From positions 139 to 64,138 of the forward strand of contig DATLUZ010000222.1 in the NCBI GenBank assembly GCA_035577785.1: a stretch of 64,000 nt of DNA, given 5' to 3'. The stretch's first letter is position 1; each line of letters opens with the position of its first letter. The notes beneath the pieces are model-generated. The model was not told the origin of the DNA and searched no databases. It was given only the letters and a program-made list of their open reading frames with translations. The translations under genes were made by a program, and so were the position numbers. This document shows positions 12,865-22,378 of this stretch, piece after piece. This stretch comes from Burkholderiales bacterium (GTDB taxonomy: Bacteria; Pseudomonadota; Gammaproteobacteria; Burkholderiales; SG8-39).

Positions 12865-13821
12865 CTATTGCTTGGGGATCTTCGCGGTTTCGACTACCTT
12901 GCTCCAGCGCTGCGTCTCGGCGGCGAAGAACTTCCGCAGCTCTTCCGGCGTGCTGGCGCGCGCGTCGACTCCGAGGTCGGCAAGGCGCTTCTGGAGCTCG
13001 GGCGAAGCAAGCACCTTCGCCACCTCCTGGTGGAGCCGGTCGATCACCGCGCGCGGGGTCTTGGCCGGCGCCGCCAGCGCGTTCCACGAAGCGACGTCGT
13101 AGCCGGCGACGCCGCTCTCGATCGCGGTAGGCACGTCGGGCAGCGTAGGAAAGCGCTTGGCGACGCTGATGGCGAGCGGACGGAGGTTGCCCGACTTGAT
13201 GTGCGAGGTCATGGGCGCGAGGAACTCGAAGATCGCCGCGGCGAAGAGCGGCGACGCCGCGGTCACCACCTCGCCGGTCGCCTTGTACGGGACGATCTGG
13301 AAGTTGGTTCCGGTGACCGACTTGAAGAGCTCGGCCGCGAGGTGCTGCGTGCTGCCGATGCCGATGGTGCCGACGTTCAGCTTGCCTGGATTCTTCTTCG
13401 CTTCCGCAACCAGATCCTTCACGCTCTTAAAGGGCGCTTTCGAGTCCGTCATGATGACCAGCGGAAAGAAGCCGACGGTGCTGATCATCTCGAAGTCGCG
13501 CTCGGGATCGTACGGCAGCGACTTGAACAGCGCCTTGCTCACCGCCGTGCCGTTGTTGATGAGGAGCAGCGTGTAGCCGTCGGGCGCCGAGTGCGCCACA
13601 TCCTGCCCCGCCACCACGCCGCCGGCGCTCGGCTTGTTCTCGATCACGAACTGCTGGCCGAGGCCCTTGCTCACCTCCGGCGCCACCGTGCGCGCGGTGA
13701 TGTCGGCGACGCCGCCGGGCCCGAAGGGCACGACCAGGCGGATGGGCTTTGTTGGGAATGATTGAGCCCCGGCGGAGGCGGCGAGCGCTGCTCCAATCAG
13801 GAAAATCGAAACACGCTTCAT
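12865..13821 (-). CDS. Bug family tripartite tricarboxylate transporter substrate-binding protein (TctC-like)
   Basis: A signal peptide followed by the Bug N-terminal signature FPTKPIRLVVPFGPGGVADITAR...ENKPSAGG. Confidence 0.9.
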   Translation of the reverse strand: MKRVSIFLIGAALAASAGAQSFPTKPIRLVVPFGPGGVADITARTVAPEVSKGLGQQFVIENKPSAGGVVAGQDVAHSAPDGYTLLLINNGTAVSKALFKSLPYDPERDFEMISTVGFFPLVIMTDSKAPFKSVKDLVAEAKKNPGKLNVGTIGIGSTQHLAAELFKSVTGTNFQIVPYKATGEVVTAASPLFAAAIFEFLAPMTSHIKSGNLRPLAISVAKRFPTLPDVPTAIESGVAGYDVASWNALAAPAKTPRAVIDRLHQEVAKVLASPELQKRLADLGVDARASTPEELRKFFAAETQRWSKVVETAKIPKQ

Positions 13822-14651
13822 TCCTTCTCCGTTGATTCGAAAAGCTCGTCCACGCTGAAGCGCCGCGGAATCAGCGCCTGCTTGTAGGCGCAGTCGATGG
13901 CGACCTCGAGGTTGCGGCGATTCGTCTCCAGGCCGTGCGGCAGCATCGGCGGGTCGCCGGCCGCCTTCTTGCTCTCGACGAGCAGGCGGTACACCTCGTC
14001 GGCCATGTCGCGCGAGACGCTCGACTTCACCACCACCAGGTGGTTGAGCTGGATTGCGCCGTGCTTCTCGGTCCAGCGCATGCCGGCGGCTTCGGGATCG
14101 CGGATCAGCGGCCGGATGTTTTCTTCCTGCGGAATGGCGCCCATGATCGCCGCGTCGAGCTCACCCGCCTGCAGCATGGCCTTGATTTCCTTGCCGGCCG
14201 GCGCTCGCTGCACGTTGGGCGGGTCGCGAAACTCCGCGACGTGCGGCTCCTCGAAGGTGATCCATCGAATCCGCGCGATGTCGATGCCGTGCTCCTCGGC
14301 GAGGATGTGCCGGATCCACGCGCCGGTGGTCACCGAGTACGAGCGCACGCCGACGCGCTTTCCGTGCAGGTCCTCCGGAGCGAGGGAGGGATTCTTGTTC
14401 GAATTGAAAACCAAAAACGGATGCTGAAAGCGAGCCAGTACCACGAAGGGCAGCAGACGGTACGGCTTGCCGTGCGCCCTCGCGATCAGGTGCGTCATGA
14501 TCGCCATCTCGGAAACGTCGAACTCGAGCTCGCGCACCGTCCGCTTGAACGCGCTGGCGGGGTTCTTCTTCGCGTCGGCGAAGGCGAACTTGTCGGTGTG
14601 GGTGTGGAATTGCTTCGTAACGGGGTACTCCCCCATCAGCGTCTTGAGCAT
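13818..14651 (-). CDS. PBP-fold (NMT1/SsuA-like) protein, possibly 4,5-dihydroxyphthalate-decarboxylase-like
   Basis: No signal peptide. The motifs EFDVSEMAIMTHLIARAHG and LHGKRVGVRSYSVTTGAWIRHIL recall the PhtD-type decarboxylase family, from memory only and unverified. Confidence 0.5.
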   Translation of the reverse strand: MLKTLMGEYPVTKQFHTHTDKFAFADAKKNPASAFKRTVRELEFDVSEMAIMTHLIARAHGKPYRLLPFVVLARFQHPFLVFNSNKNPSLAPEDLHGKRVGVRSYSVTTGAWIRHILAEEHGIDIARIRWITFEEPHVAEFRDPPNVQRAPAGKEIKAMLQAGELDAAIMGAIPQEENIRPLIRDPEAAGMRWTEKHGAIQLNHLVVVKSSVSRDMADEVYRLLVESKKAAGDPPMLPHGLETNRRNLEVAIDCAYKQALIPRRFSVDELFESTEKE

Positions 14652-14654
14652 GGG

Positions 14655-15044
14655 CTAGAACATTCCGTTCGAGTGGGACGAGGTCTTGGGCACCACCTGC
14701 AGCACGTCCCAGTGCTCCACCACCTTGCCGTTGTCGTCGAGGCGGAAGATGTCGATTCCCGCCCATTCGGGGTTGACGTCGCCCGGCCAGAGCTGCCGGC
14801 AGTGCAGCACCACGTAGTCGCCTTCGGCGATGGCGCGCTTGAACTCGACTTTCTTCCCGGGGTACGCGCGCGCCATGCGCTCGAAATAGGCGATGAAGGG
14901 CTCCTTGCCGTCGCCGACGTGCGGGTTGTGCTGGGTGTAGTGCGCGCCCGCGTAGCGCTCCAGCGCCTCGCGCGGCTTCGACTGGTTGAACATCAGGTCG
15001 TAGAACGCCATCGCGTTCTCCTTGTTTCTTGCCAGTCGATCCAT
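14655..15044 (-). CDS. SnoaL-like / NTF2-fold protein
   Basis: A 129-aa ORF with the typical SnoaL pattern (NKENAMAFYDLMFNQSKPREALERY...YTQHNPHVGDGKE...VVEHWDVLQ). Confidence 0.7.
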   Translation of the reverse strand: MDRLARNKENAMAFYDLMFNQSKPREALERYAGAHYTQHNPHVGDGKEPFIAYFERMARAYPGKKVEFKRAIAEGDYVVLHCRQLWPGDVNPEWAGIDIFRLDDNGKVVEHWDVLQVVPKTSSHSNGMF

Positions 15045-15376
15045 CAGCGGGCTCCCGGTACCCGCCGGGTCTTGAGGAACTCGTCCAGCGTCTCGCCGCG
15101 GAAGGCCGCCACCATCTCGGGGTTCGACACGCCTTTGGTGCGGGCGAGCTTTTCCAGGCAGAAGAAGCTCGCGCCGTAGTCCTGCATCGCCTTCCAGTCC
15201 AGGCGCCGCACCATGCCCCTTTCTTCCTCGGACAGAGTATTCATCGCCTGCTCGGGATTCTCGAGCAACAGCTTGCGCGCGTCCGCCTTCGCCAGACCAT
15301 GCAGAAAACGGTTCAGCCGCAATCCGCGCGCGCTTCGTTCGAGATCGAAAACGTAACGCGTCACCGGATCATTCAA
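15044..15376 (-). CDS. ligA: protocatechuate 4,5-dioxygenase alpha subunit (LigA family)
   Basis: A small 110-aa protein with a LigA-like helical pattern (RGLRLNRFLHGLAKADARKLLLENPEQAM...EEERGMVRRLDWKAMQDYG). It overlaps the 3' end of ligB by 8 nt. Confidence 0.75.
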   Translation of the reverse strand: MNDPVTRYVFDLERSARGLRLNRFLHGLAKADARKLLLENPEQAMNTLSEEERGMVRRLDWKAMQDYGASFFCLEKLARTKGVSNPEMVAAFRGETLDEFLKTRRVPGAR

Positions 15377-16199
15377 AGAGCGCGACGGCCATGGCCGTGG
15401 TCATCGGCAGGTAGTAGTTCTGGTGGATCTTGCGGGCGTTGGGTGCCAGCGCGCCGCGCATGATCAGCCACATGATGATCTCCGCCCCCTCGTTGCCGCC
15501 CAGGCGCATGAAGTCCTCGATCGACATGCGCGCGAGGCGCTCGGGATCGCGCTCGATCAGCTCGAGGAACTCGCGGTCCCAGCGCTCGTCGTTGAATCCC
15601 GCGCGATCGCCGATCATCTGATGCGACAGCCCGCCGGTGCCGACCATCGCGACCTTGAGATCTTCGGGATAGGACTCGATCGCCTTGCGCAGCGCCTTGC
15701 CCAGCGCGAAGCAGCGGCTCGGCCTGGGGAGCGGCTGCTGGATCACGTTCACGACGAGCGGCACCACGCGGCCCGGCCACTCCGGTTGCGACGGCCACAT
15801 CATGGTGAGCGGCGAGTGCAGCCCGTGGTCGATCGCGGTGTCCTGAAAGACCGAAATGTCGAACTCCGCGTCGACCAGCGAACGCGCAATGTGGCGGGAG
15901 AGCGCCGCATGGCCCTTGAGCGGAGGGATCCGGCGCCGGCCCAGGCCTTCGTCGGCGATCTCGTACTGGTCGCTCACGCCAAGCGCGAAGGTCGGGTAGT
16001 GGTCGAAGAAGAAGCTCGTGGCGTGGTCGTTGAAGCAGAAGAAGAGCACGTCTGGGCGCTTTTCCTCGAGCCAGCGCGCCACGCGCTCGTAGCCCTGGAA
16101 CAGCGGCTTCCAGTCCGGGTCGTCGCGCTTTCCCTTGTCGAATGCCATGGCGATCGTCGGCACGTGCGAGGTGCCGATGCCGCCGATGATCCTTGCCAT
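15369..16199 (-). CDS. ligB: protocatechuate 4,5-dioxygenase beta subunit (class III extradiol dioxygenase, LigB)
   Basis: MARIIGGIGTSHVP, FNDHATSFF and AIDHGL are LigB-type metal/active-site motifs. The ORF is 276 aa. Confidence 0.85.
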   Translation of the reverse strand: MARIIGGIGTSHVPTIAMAFDKGKRDDPDWKPLFQGYERVARWLEEKRPDVLFFCFNDHATSFFFDHYPTFALGVSDQYEIADEGLGRRRIPPLKGHAALSRHIARSLVDAEFDISVFQDTAIDHGLHSPLTMMWPSQPEWPGRVVPLVVNVIQQPLPRPSRCFALGKALRKAIESYPEDLKVAMVGTGGLSHQMIGDRAGFNDERWDREFLELIERDPERLARMSIEDFMRLGGNEGAEIIMWLIMRGALAPNARKIHQNYYLPMTTAMAVALFE

Positions 16200-16208
16200 G
16201 CGGCGAGT

Positions 16209-17108
16209 TTAAACCAGGGGTTCGCGGTCCTGCGCAGTCAGCGCGTCGAGGATCGCTGCGCGGTCCTGCGGCACCGTTCCGCCGAACTTCTGCTTCAGCT
16301 GCGCCTCGCCGGTGCGCTGCTCGCGGATGACGGTGCCGCGCGTGAGCGCCGGCTCGACGCCGAGGCTTTCGAGCGTTTCGCACACGTCGCGCATCTCGGC
16401 CGCGCGCCGCAGCCCATGGGTCGCCATGCGCTCGAGGTTGTAGTCGGCGAACTTCGCCCAATCGATCATCGGGTAGCTCTGCGTGAGCGAAGCGATGATG
16501 CGGTCCTCGACGCCGGCGCGCCGCGCGGCGAGGAAGCATTCCTGCGTCAGCGCGCCGAGCCCCTTCACCATGACGCTGCGCACCATCTTGATCGCGGCCG
16601 CCGCGCCGACGTCCGTGCCCACCTCCTCGACCTCCATGCCGCAGCGCTTGAGCAACGGCAGCAGGTCCTTCGCCGCCGGGCCCGAGATCAGAACCGGCGT
16701 CTTTTGCCGCAGCGGGAGCACGGGCGCCATCACCGCCATGCCGATGAACCGCGCGCGGTCGCCAACGATCGCGCCGGCCTCGCGCTTGCGGTTCGGCGAC
16801 ACGGAGTTGAGCTCGACGTAGAACTGCCCTGCCGAGAGCCCCGGCGCGGCCTCGCTCGCCGCCTCGAGGTTGGAAGCGGCGGTCACCGCGGAAAACACGA
16901 TGTCGGCGCCGCGCACCGCGTCGGCGCTGTCGCGCCCCACCCGCACGCCGATGCGCTCGGCGGCCGCGCGCAGGCGCGCGCCGCCCTGCCCATCCGGGAA
17001 AAGGATGTCCCACGCGGCGACGGCGGTGACGCCCTCGGCGCGGAAGCCGGCGGCGAGCGCCTGGCCCGCCTCGCCGAAGCCGATGAATGCCAGCGCTGGA
17101 TACGACAT
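16209..17108 (-). CDS. NAD(P)-dependent oxidoreductase (6PGDH-type NAD-binding domain, DUF1932-like C-terminus)
   Basis: N-terminal Rossmann motif ALAFIGFGEAGQALA. It resembles a beta-hydroxyacid-dehydrogenase-like protein and sits between ligB and the ligI-like gene. Confidence 0.75.
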   Translation of the reverse strand: MSYPALAFIGFGEAGQALAAGFRAEGVTAVAAWDILFPDGQGGARLRAAAERIGVRVGRDSADAVRGADIVFSAVTAASNLEAASEAAPGLSAGQFYVELNSVSPNRKREAGAIVGDRARFIGMAVMAPVLPLRQKTPVLISGPAAKDLLPLLKRCGMEVEEVGTDVGAAAAIKMVRSVMVKGLGALTQECFLAARRAGVEDRIIASLTQSYPMIDWAKFADYNLERMATHGLRRAAEMRDVCETLESLGVEPALTRGTVIREQRTGEAQLKQKFGGTVPQDRAAILDALTAQDREPLV

Positions 17109-17117
17109 GACGATCTC

Positions 17118-17981
17118 CTAGAAGCCGTACAGCCTGGCGGGATTGTCCACCAGGATCTTGCGCTGGAGCTCCGGCTCCGGCGCCATGCGCGCGAAGAGCT
17201 CCACGAGGTCGCCGTCGTTCGGCATGTGCTTGCCCACGTTGGGATGCGGCCAGTCGGTGCCCCAGAGGATCCGGTCCGGCGCCGCCTCGATCAGCGCGCG
17301 CGCAAAGGGCAGCGCGTCGTCGAACGGCGGCCCATTCGACGACACACGCTCCGCGCCGCAGACCTTCACCCAGAACGTTTCAAGTTTCATAAAATTCAAA
17401 AGAACCTTGAATGGTTCTTGTTCCATGCCGTCGGCAGCCTTCACCCGGCCCATGTGATCGATCACCATCGGCACCGGGATCGCCTCGAACTTCTTCCTGA
17501 ACTCGACGAGGTCGGTCGCATCGAGGTGCAGGATGAGGTGCCAGCCCATCTCCTTCAGCCGCGCCACCGTGCGGTCGAAGAACGCCATGTCCGGCCGCCC
17601 GCCGAGGTGCTTCACGAAATTGAAGCGCACCCCGCGGATGCCTCCCTCATGCATTTTCTGGAAATGTTTCTCAGTATAGGAAGCATCGATGATGGCGGTG
17701 CCCCGGTACTTTCCGCTGGAGCGCGCGATCGCGTCGAGCGTGACGCGCATGTCGGCGCCGTGGCAGCTCGCGTGCACGATCACGGCACGCTCTATCCCGA
17801 GGATCGAATGCAACTTCTGTAAAGACTCGAAGGGCGAGTCCGGCGGCCAGTAGGGCGCGTCGGGCGCGTAAGGGAACCTCGAGGCGGGGCCGAAAATGTG
17901 GCAGTGCGCGTCGCAGGCGAGCGGCGGCGGCTTGAAGCCTGGCTTGCGGGTATTCGGATCGGGCGGCGCGGTCGTCTTCAT
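17118..17981 (-). CDS. amidohydrolase-2 family protein, 2-pyrone-4,6-dicarboxylate hydrolase (LigI)-like
   Basis: CDAHCHIFGP near the N-terminus, VIDHMG, and WGTDWPHP are typical of LigI/amidohydrolase_2. It sits in the lig gene context. Confidence 0.75.
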   Translation of the reverse strand: MKTTAPPDPNTRKPGFKPPPLACDAHCHIFGPASRFPYAPDAPYWPPDSPFESLQKLHSILGIERAVIVHASCHGADMRVTLDAIARSSGKYRGTAIIDASYTEKHFQKMHEGGIRGVRFNFVKHLGGRPDMAFFDRTVARLKEMGWHLILHLDATDLVEFRKKFEAIPVPMVIDHMGRVKAADGMEQEPFKVLLNFMKLETFWVKVCGAERVSSNGPPFDDALPFARALIEAAPDRILWGTDWPHPNVGKHMPNDGDLVELFARMAPEPELQRKILVDNPARLYGF

Positions 17982-18012
17982 GCCCGAATTCTAATGTGCG
18001 TACACTCACCGC

Positions 18013-18633
18013 ATGCTCGGCACGCACGACCTGCCCCTCTTCATCGGGTCCGGGCTGCTTCTCAACCTGACCCCGGGCCCCGATACGCTCTACATAGTCG
18101 GCCGGAGCACGACACAGGGATGGCGTGCCGGTACGGTTGCGGCCCTCGGTATCGGTGCCGGCATCTTCGTGCACATCGGCGCGGCGGCAGCCGGCCTCTC
18201 CGCCCTGGCGGCGTCGTCAGGTGCCTACACGCTCGTCAAGACCGCCGGCGCGGCGTATCTCGTCTACGTCGGCATCTCGCTCCTTCGTTCACCCCCACCG
18301 CAAGCGCAGCAGGTGCCCTCAAGGGACTCGCTGCGGAGCGTGTTCGTCCAGGGATTCTTCACCAACGTGCTCAACCCGAAGGTCGCCCTCTTCTTCATCG
18401 CCTTCCTGCCGCAGTTCGTCGAGCCCGAGGCGCCGAGCAAGGCGGTGGCGTTCCTCTTTCTCGGGGCGATCTTCAACTTCAACGGCACGCTCTGGAACCT
18501 TTTCGTCGCGTCGTCCTCGGCGCGGATCTCCGGCGGCCTCATGCGAAACGCGCGCTTTGCGCGGTGGTTCAATCGCTGCGTCGGCGGGCTCTTCGTCGCG
18601 CTGGGGCTGCGGCTGGCGCTCAGCCGGAACTAG
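18013..18633 (+). CDS. LysE/RhtB family amino-acid exporter
   Basis: A 206-aa polytopic protein with the N-terminal LysE motif LLLNLTPGPDTLYIV. Confidence 0.85.
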   Translation: MLGTHDLPLFIGSGLLLNLTPGPDTLYIVGRSTTQGWRAGTVAALGIGAGIFVHIGAAAAGLSALAASSGAYTLVKTAGAAYLVYVGISLLRSPPPQAQQVPSRDSLRSVFVQGFFTNVLNPKVALFFIAFLPQFVEPEAPSKAVAFLFLGAIFNFNGTLWNLFVASSSARISGGLMRNARFARWFNRCVGGLFVALGLRLALSRN

Positions 18634-18717
18634 CCGGCGGGCGTGAAGCATACCCTTCGCCCTGCGGCGGAACTGGCCTAGGATGTGCGCGGCCGTTCGA
18701 TAACAAGAAGAGGACCC

Positions 18718-19266
18718 ATGATCCCTGCCTTCCGGCTCGCCTTCCTCAGCGCACTCCTGCTGGGCTTCGCTCATTCGTCGTTCGCGGCCGAGAAGAAATA
18801 CGCGCTTCCAGAGCACGGCTACTTCCAGATGGACGTTCCCGCGGGCTGGAGCGACCAGCTACGCGAGGCCGGCTCGTCGCTGCCGCCCACACTCGCCTTC
18901 CGACCCAGCCGCGGACAGCCGTTCGAGGTGCTGGTCACGCCGCTTTGGCGGGAGGGACCGGACGCTCCCGCGTTCACCAAGGACTGGATCCGCAATCAGG
19001 TATGGGGCGCCGTCGACCAGGTGAAGGGCCAATCCCTCGAGCAGAACATCTCGATCGTCGAGTTCGCGGGCGCGAGCGGCCCGGGCTACTACTTCACCGC
19101 CACGGACCGGGCGCCGAAGGCGGGCGAGTACAAATACCTGCTGCAAGGCATGGTGAAAGTGAGCGAGCTCGTCGTGACCTTCACGATCCTCACGAACGCC
19201 GGACAGGAGCCGATCGCGCACCAGGCGCTGTCAATGATCAAGAGCGCGGTTCATGTCGTGAGGTGA
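18718..19266 (+). CDS. secreted hypothetical protein
   Basis: An AAGAGGA RBS precedes the ATG at 18718. The signal peptide is MIPAFRLAFLSALLLGFAHSSFA. The composition is balanced. I recognise no family. Confidence 0.55.
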   Translation: MIPAFRLAFLSALLLGFAHSSFAAEKKYALPEHGYFQMDVPAGWSDQLREAGSSLPPTLAFRPSRGQPFEVLVTPLWREGPDAPAFTKDWIRNQVWGAVDQVKGQSLEQNISIVEFAGASGPGYYFTATDRAPKAGEYKYLLQGMVKVSELVVTFTILTNAGQEPIAHQALSMIKSAVHVVR

Positions 19267-20353
19267 TCGCGCGGTTGACGCGCGGCATCACCTCGGTCGC
19301 CATCAGCTCCATCGAGCGCTGGCCGAGCTTCTTGTCCACCCAGTCCATGCCGGCGTAGACCAGCTCGCCGAAATCGCCCACCTGCTCGCGCAGCGCGAGA
19401 AGCTGGTCGACCACCTTGTTCACGGTGCCATAGATGCAGAGGCGCTCGAGCACGAATTCGTAGGTCACCTCGTGGTCGGGCTGGTCGAGGCGCTCCTTGA
19501 ACACCGCGTGACGGCCCGCTTTCGTGAGCTTGGTCTGGAGCTGCTTGTAGTAGAAGCGGTAAGGACTGTTGGCGTCGTGACGGCCATAGGCCGCGGCGAC
19601 CTTGTCGTCGTCGGCGACGAAGACGGTGCGCGCGACCCGCCATTCCGATGGGTTGGGCGTTATTCCAACCTTCTTCTTTCCTTCGGCGTAGTTGGCCCAG
19701 TGGGTCTTCAACCAATGCGGCAGCAGGAAGTTGGCCGAGAGCGGATGGAAATCCCGCTCCCCCATCGCCACCACGCCCTTCGAGAACGGCGCCACCACGG
19801 TGCCGACGATCTCCGGCCGCGGCTTCTGGTAGGGCTTGGGCATCACGCCCACGCCGAAGTCGAGGTCCATGGTCTTGCGCGTGGTGACCTTGAAGCGGTT
19901 GCCCGGGAACTCGATGTCGTAGGGGGCGTTGCGCTCCCAGACGGCGAGGATCACGTCGATCGCCTCGGCGAACATCCTGTTGCGGTCTTCCTCGAGGATG
20001 CCGATCGCCTCGGCGTCGGACACGAGCGCGCCCGGGCTCACGCCGAGGATGAAGCGCCCCTCGCAGAGGTGATCGAACATCGCGGCGTTGGCGGCCACGA
20101 TCACCGGGTGGATCTGCGACAGGTTGCAGGTGCCGCTCGCGAGCTTGATGCTCTTCGTCGAGTGGATGAGAGTGGCGAGGAAGAGCAGCGAGTTGGTGAT
20201 GTTCTCGGCCTGGTCGGTGAGGTGCTCGCCGATGAACACGTCGTGGTAGCCGAGCTGGTCGGCGAGGATCACCGCCTCGCGGTCTTCCTTCAGCGTCTCG
20301 GTGGGGTTCCGGTTCAGCGGATGGACCGGCATCATGAACATTCCCAGCTTCAT
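19238..20353 (-). CDS. LLM-class flavin-dependent (luciferase-like) monooxygenase
   Basis: MKLGMFMMPVHP... with the typical LLM pattern. A strong GGAGGAA RBS lies upstream. The ORF is 371 aa. Confidence 0.85.
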   Translation of the reverse strand: MKLGMFMMPVHPLNRNPTETLKEDREAVILADQLGYHDVFIGEHLTDQAENITNSLLFLATLIHSTKSIKLASGTCNLSQIHPVIVAANAAMFDHLCEGRFILGVSPGALVSDAEAIGILEEDRNRMFAEAIDVILAVWERNAPYDIEFPGNRFKVTTRKTMDLDFGVGVMPKPYQKPRPEIVGTVVAPFSKGVVAMGERDFHPLSANFLLPHWLKTHWANYAEGKKKVGITPNPSEWRVARTVFVADDDKVAAAYGRHDANSPYRFYYKQLQTKLTKAGRHAVFKERLDQPDHEVTYEFVLERLCIYGTVNKVVDQLLALREQVGDFGELVYAGMDWVDKKLGQRSMELMATEVMPRVNRAITSRHEPRS

Positions 20354-20362
20354 CGTTCCTCC

Positions 20363-22378
20363 TTAACCCATCGCCTGCACGATCCGCTCGGGCGTAAGCG
20401 GAAGGTCGCGCACGCGCACGCCGAGCGCGTCGTGCAACGCGTTGGCGATCGCCGCGGCGGTGGGTCCCTGCGCCGCCTCGCCGGCGCCGAGCGAAGGCGA
20501 ATCGCTTTTCACCAGGCGCACTTCGACGGCGGGAACTTCGGAAAAGCGCAGGATCGGATAGTCTTCCCAGGACACCGCGCCGACGCGTCCCTCCTCCTTC
20601 AGCGTCCAGCTCGTCGCCTGGATCGCGCCCCCCTCGAGCTGGTTCGCCACGCCGTCCGGATTGATCGCGAGCCCGACGTCGGCGGCAACGACGAGCCGCT
20701 TCACGCGCAGCACTTCGCCCGCCTCGACCTCCGCAAGCACCGCGCAGTACGCGCCGATGTTCTTGTAGCGGGCGAAACCGACGCCATGGCCGCAGTTCTC
20801 CTTTTTCACCTGAGAGCGCCAGGATTCCCTTAAGGCTTCGAGGACTGCGCGGCCGCGTGGGTCCTTCAGGTGCCTCAACCTGAAATCGATCGGATCGGCG
20901 CCGGCCGCCTCGGCGAGCTCGTCCATGAACGACTCGATGGCGAAGACGTTGCCATAGGCGCCGAGCGCGCGCAGCGAAGACGCGCGCCGGGGCGTCTCGC
21001 GCACGTAGTGCTTCACGACCTGGAGGTCCGGGAAGTCGTAGAGGGGAATGGCGTTGCGCCCGGCGCCTTCGGGCGGAAGCGCCGGATCGATCGCGGGGGA
21101 GAATTCGAACGGCTTCTCCAGGTGGCGCGCCGCGATCAGCGCCGGCTTGGGCGAGCGGCCAGGCCGGTTGGTGTGGCCGTTGCTCCAGAGCTCGTGCTTC
21201 CAGGACACGATGCCGCCGGAGGGGTCGAGCTGCGCCTCGAGCTCGAGCGCCATCGCCGGCCCGTAGGGCTCCCAGGCGAATTCGTCCTCGCGCATCCATT
21301 GCAGCTTGACCGGGCGGCCGCTCGCCGCGCGTGCGAGCAGCGCCGCGTCGAGCGCGACATCGTCGGCGCCGTTGTGCCCATAGCAGCCGGCGCCTTCGGC
21401 ATGGCTCACCACGATGTCCTCCAGTTTCATTTGGAGGACAACCGAAAGCTCATGCCGCAGGCCGAAGATGCCCTGGCTGTGGGTCCAGACCTCGAGCTTG
21501 CCGTCCTTCAGCCGCGCGATCGCGCACGACGGCCCGATCGAGGCGTGCGCGATGAACGGCTTCGTATAGGACGCCTTGATCCTTTCCCCGGAAGGCGGAG
21601 AGCCTTTGACTTCCTTTAGAACCGAGCGCTGCGTGACGTTGTCGCGCAGCCAGCCGTGGAAATCCTCGGGCACCGGCGATTCCTTCCACAGCGCCTTCGC
21701 GCGAAGCTTCGCCGCGGCGGCGATGGCGAGCTCTTCGCGCTCGGCCAGCACCCCCACGAAGCTTCCGTCGCGAACTACCGTAACCCCATCGACGTCCCCC
21801 GAAGGGGGCAAAGCTTCAAGCCTTGAAAACGGACGAGAAGGCCGCACGATCCTGGCGAAGAGCATCCCCGGCAGCGCCATGTCCTGCACGTACGCGGGCT
21901 TCCCCGCCACCTTGGCCGGAAGGTCGATGCGCAGCGCGCTCTTGCCGACGATCTTCGCCGGCCCCGACGGCTTCACGCCCGCGCCGGCGGGCGGAACTTC
22001 GCTCGCCTCCGCGGCGCACTCCCAGTAAGTGACGCTGTTGCCGTTCTTCGCCTTGATGGTGCCGTCGTCGACGGCGAGCTCGCCGACTGGCGCGCCGAGG
22101 AGCTCCGCGGCATGCGCGAGGAGCGCGGCGCGCGCCTGTACGCACGCCTCGCGGATTCCCTTGCCGCCCTCCTGGACCGACATGCTGCCCGAGGTATAGC
22201 CCTCGTCGGGGCTGTGCGCGGTGCTCGGCGGCACGATGCGCACGCGCTCGAAAGCGACGTCGAGCTCTTCCGCGGCGATCTGCGCAAGCGCGGTGTTGAT
22301 GCCCTGCCCGAGCTCGACCTTGCCGCTCGCGATCCACACGGTGCGGTCGCGCTCGAACCGGATCCGCGGATTCTTCAC
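20363..22378 (-). CDS. molybdopterin-binding hydroxylase large subunit (IorB / aldehyde-oxidase beta-type)
   Basis: A GTG start at 22378 overlaps the small-subunit stop (GTGA). The sequence from VKNPRIRFERDRTVWIASGKVELGQGINTALAQIAAEELDV matches the IorB-type N-terminus. The longer ORF extension to 22711 is antisense-like junk overlapping the 2Fe-2S gene. Confidence 0.8.
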   Translation of the reverse strand: MKNPRIRFERDRTVWIASGKVELGQGINTALAQIAAEELDVAFERVRIVPPSTAHSPDEGYTSGSMSVQEGGKGIREACVQARAALLAHAAELLGAPVGELAVDDGTIKAKNGNSVTYWECAAEASEVPPAGAGVKPSGPAKIVGKSALRIDLPAKVAGKPAYVQDMALPGMLFARIVRPSRPFSRLEALPPSGDVDGVTVVRDGSFVGVLAEREELAIAAAAKLRAKALWKESPVPEDFHGWLRDNVTQRSVLKEVKGSPPSGERIKASYTKPFIAHASIGPSCAIARLKDGKLEVWTHSQGIFGLRHELSVVLQMKLEDIVVSHAEGAGCYGHNGADDVALDAALLARAASGRPVKLQWMREDEFAWEPYGPAMALELEAQLDPSGGIVSWKHELWSNGHTNRPGRSPKPALIAARHLEKPFEFSPAIDPALPPEGAGRNAIPLYDFPDLQVVKHYVRETPRRASSLRALGAYGNVFAIESFMDELAEAAGADPIDFRLRHLKDPRGRAVLEALRESWRSQVKKENCGHGVGFARYKNIGAYCAVLAEVEAGEVLRVKRLVVAADVGLAINPDGVANQLEGGAIQATSWTLKEEGRVGAVSWEDYPILRFSEVPAVEVRLVKSDSPSLGAGEAAQGPTAAAIANALHDALGVRVRDLPLTPERIVQAMG

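Noticed and set aside
17375-17425. AT-rich patch with a small hairpin (AGAACC-TTGAAT-GGTTCT) inside the ligI-like gene, which could be an inserted element or internal regulatory site.
   Set aside because: The reading frame is uninterrupted and encodes a plausible Lys/Phe/Leu-rich segment (EPFKVLLNFMKLETFWVKV) of the amidohydrolase. There is no repeat of it elsewhere in the window.
15423-17822. Very long + strand ORF (799 aa) antisense to ligB, the oxidoreductase and ligI. Similar long ORFs include 1056-2795 (+), 8092-9798 (+), 19251-21299 (-), 26399-28228 (+), 35210-36886 (+), 44768-46420 (+) and 9704-11161 (-).
   Set aside because: Their translations are Arg/Ala/Gly/Pro/His-rich low-complexity strings, typical of off-frame or antisense reading in high-GC DNA. 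Each fully overlaps ORFs with clear family motifs on the other strand or frame.
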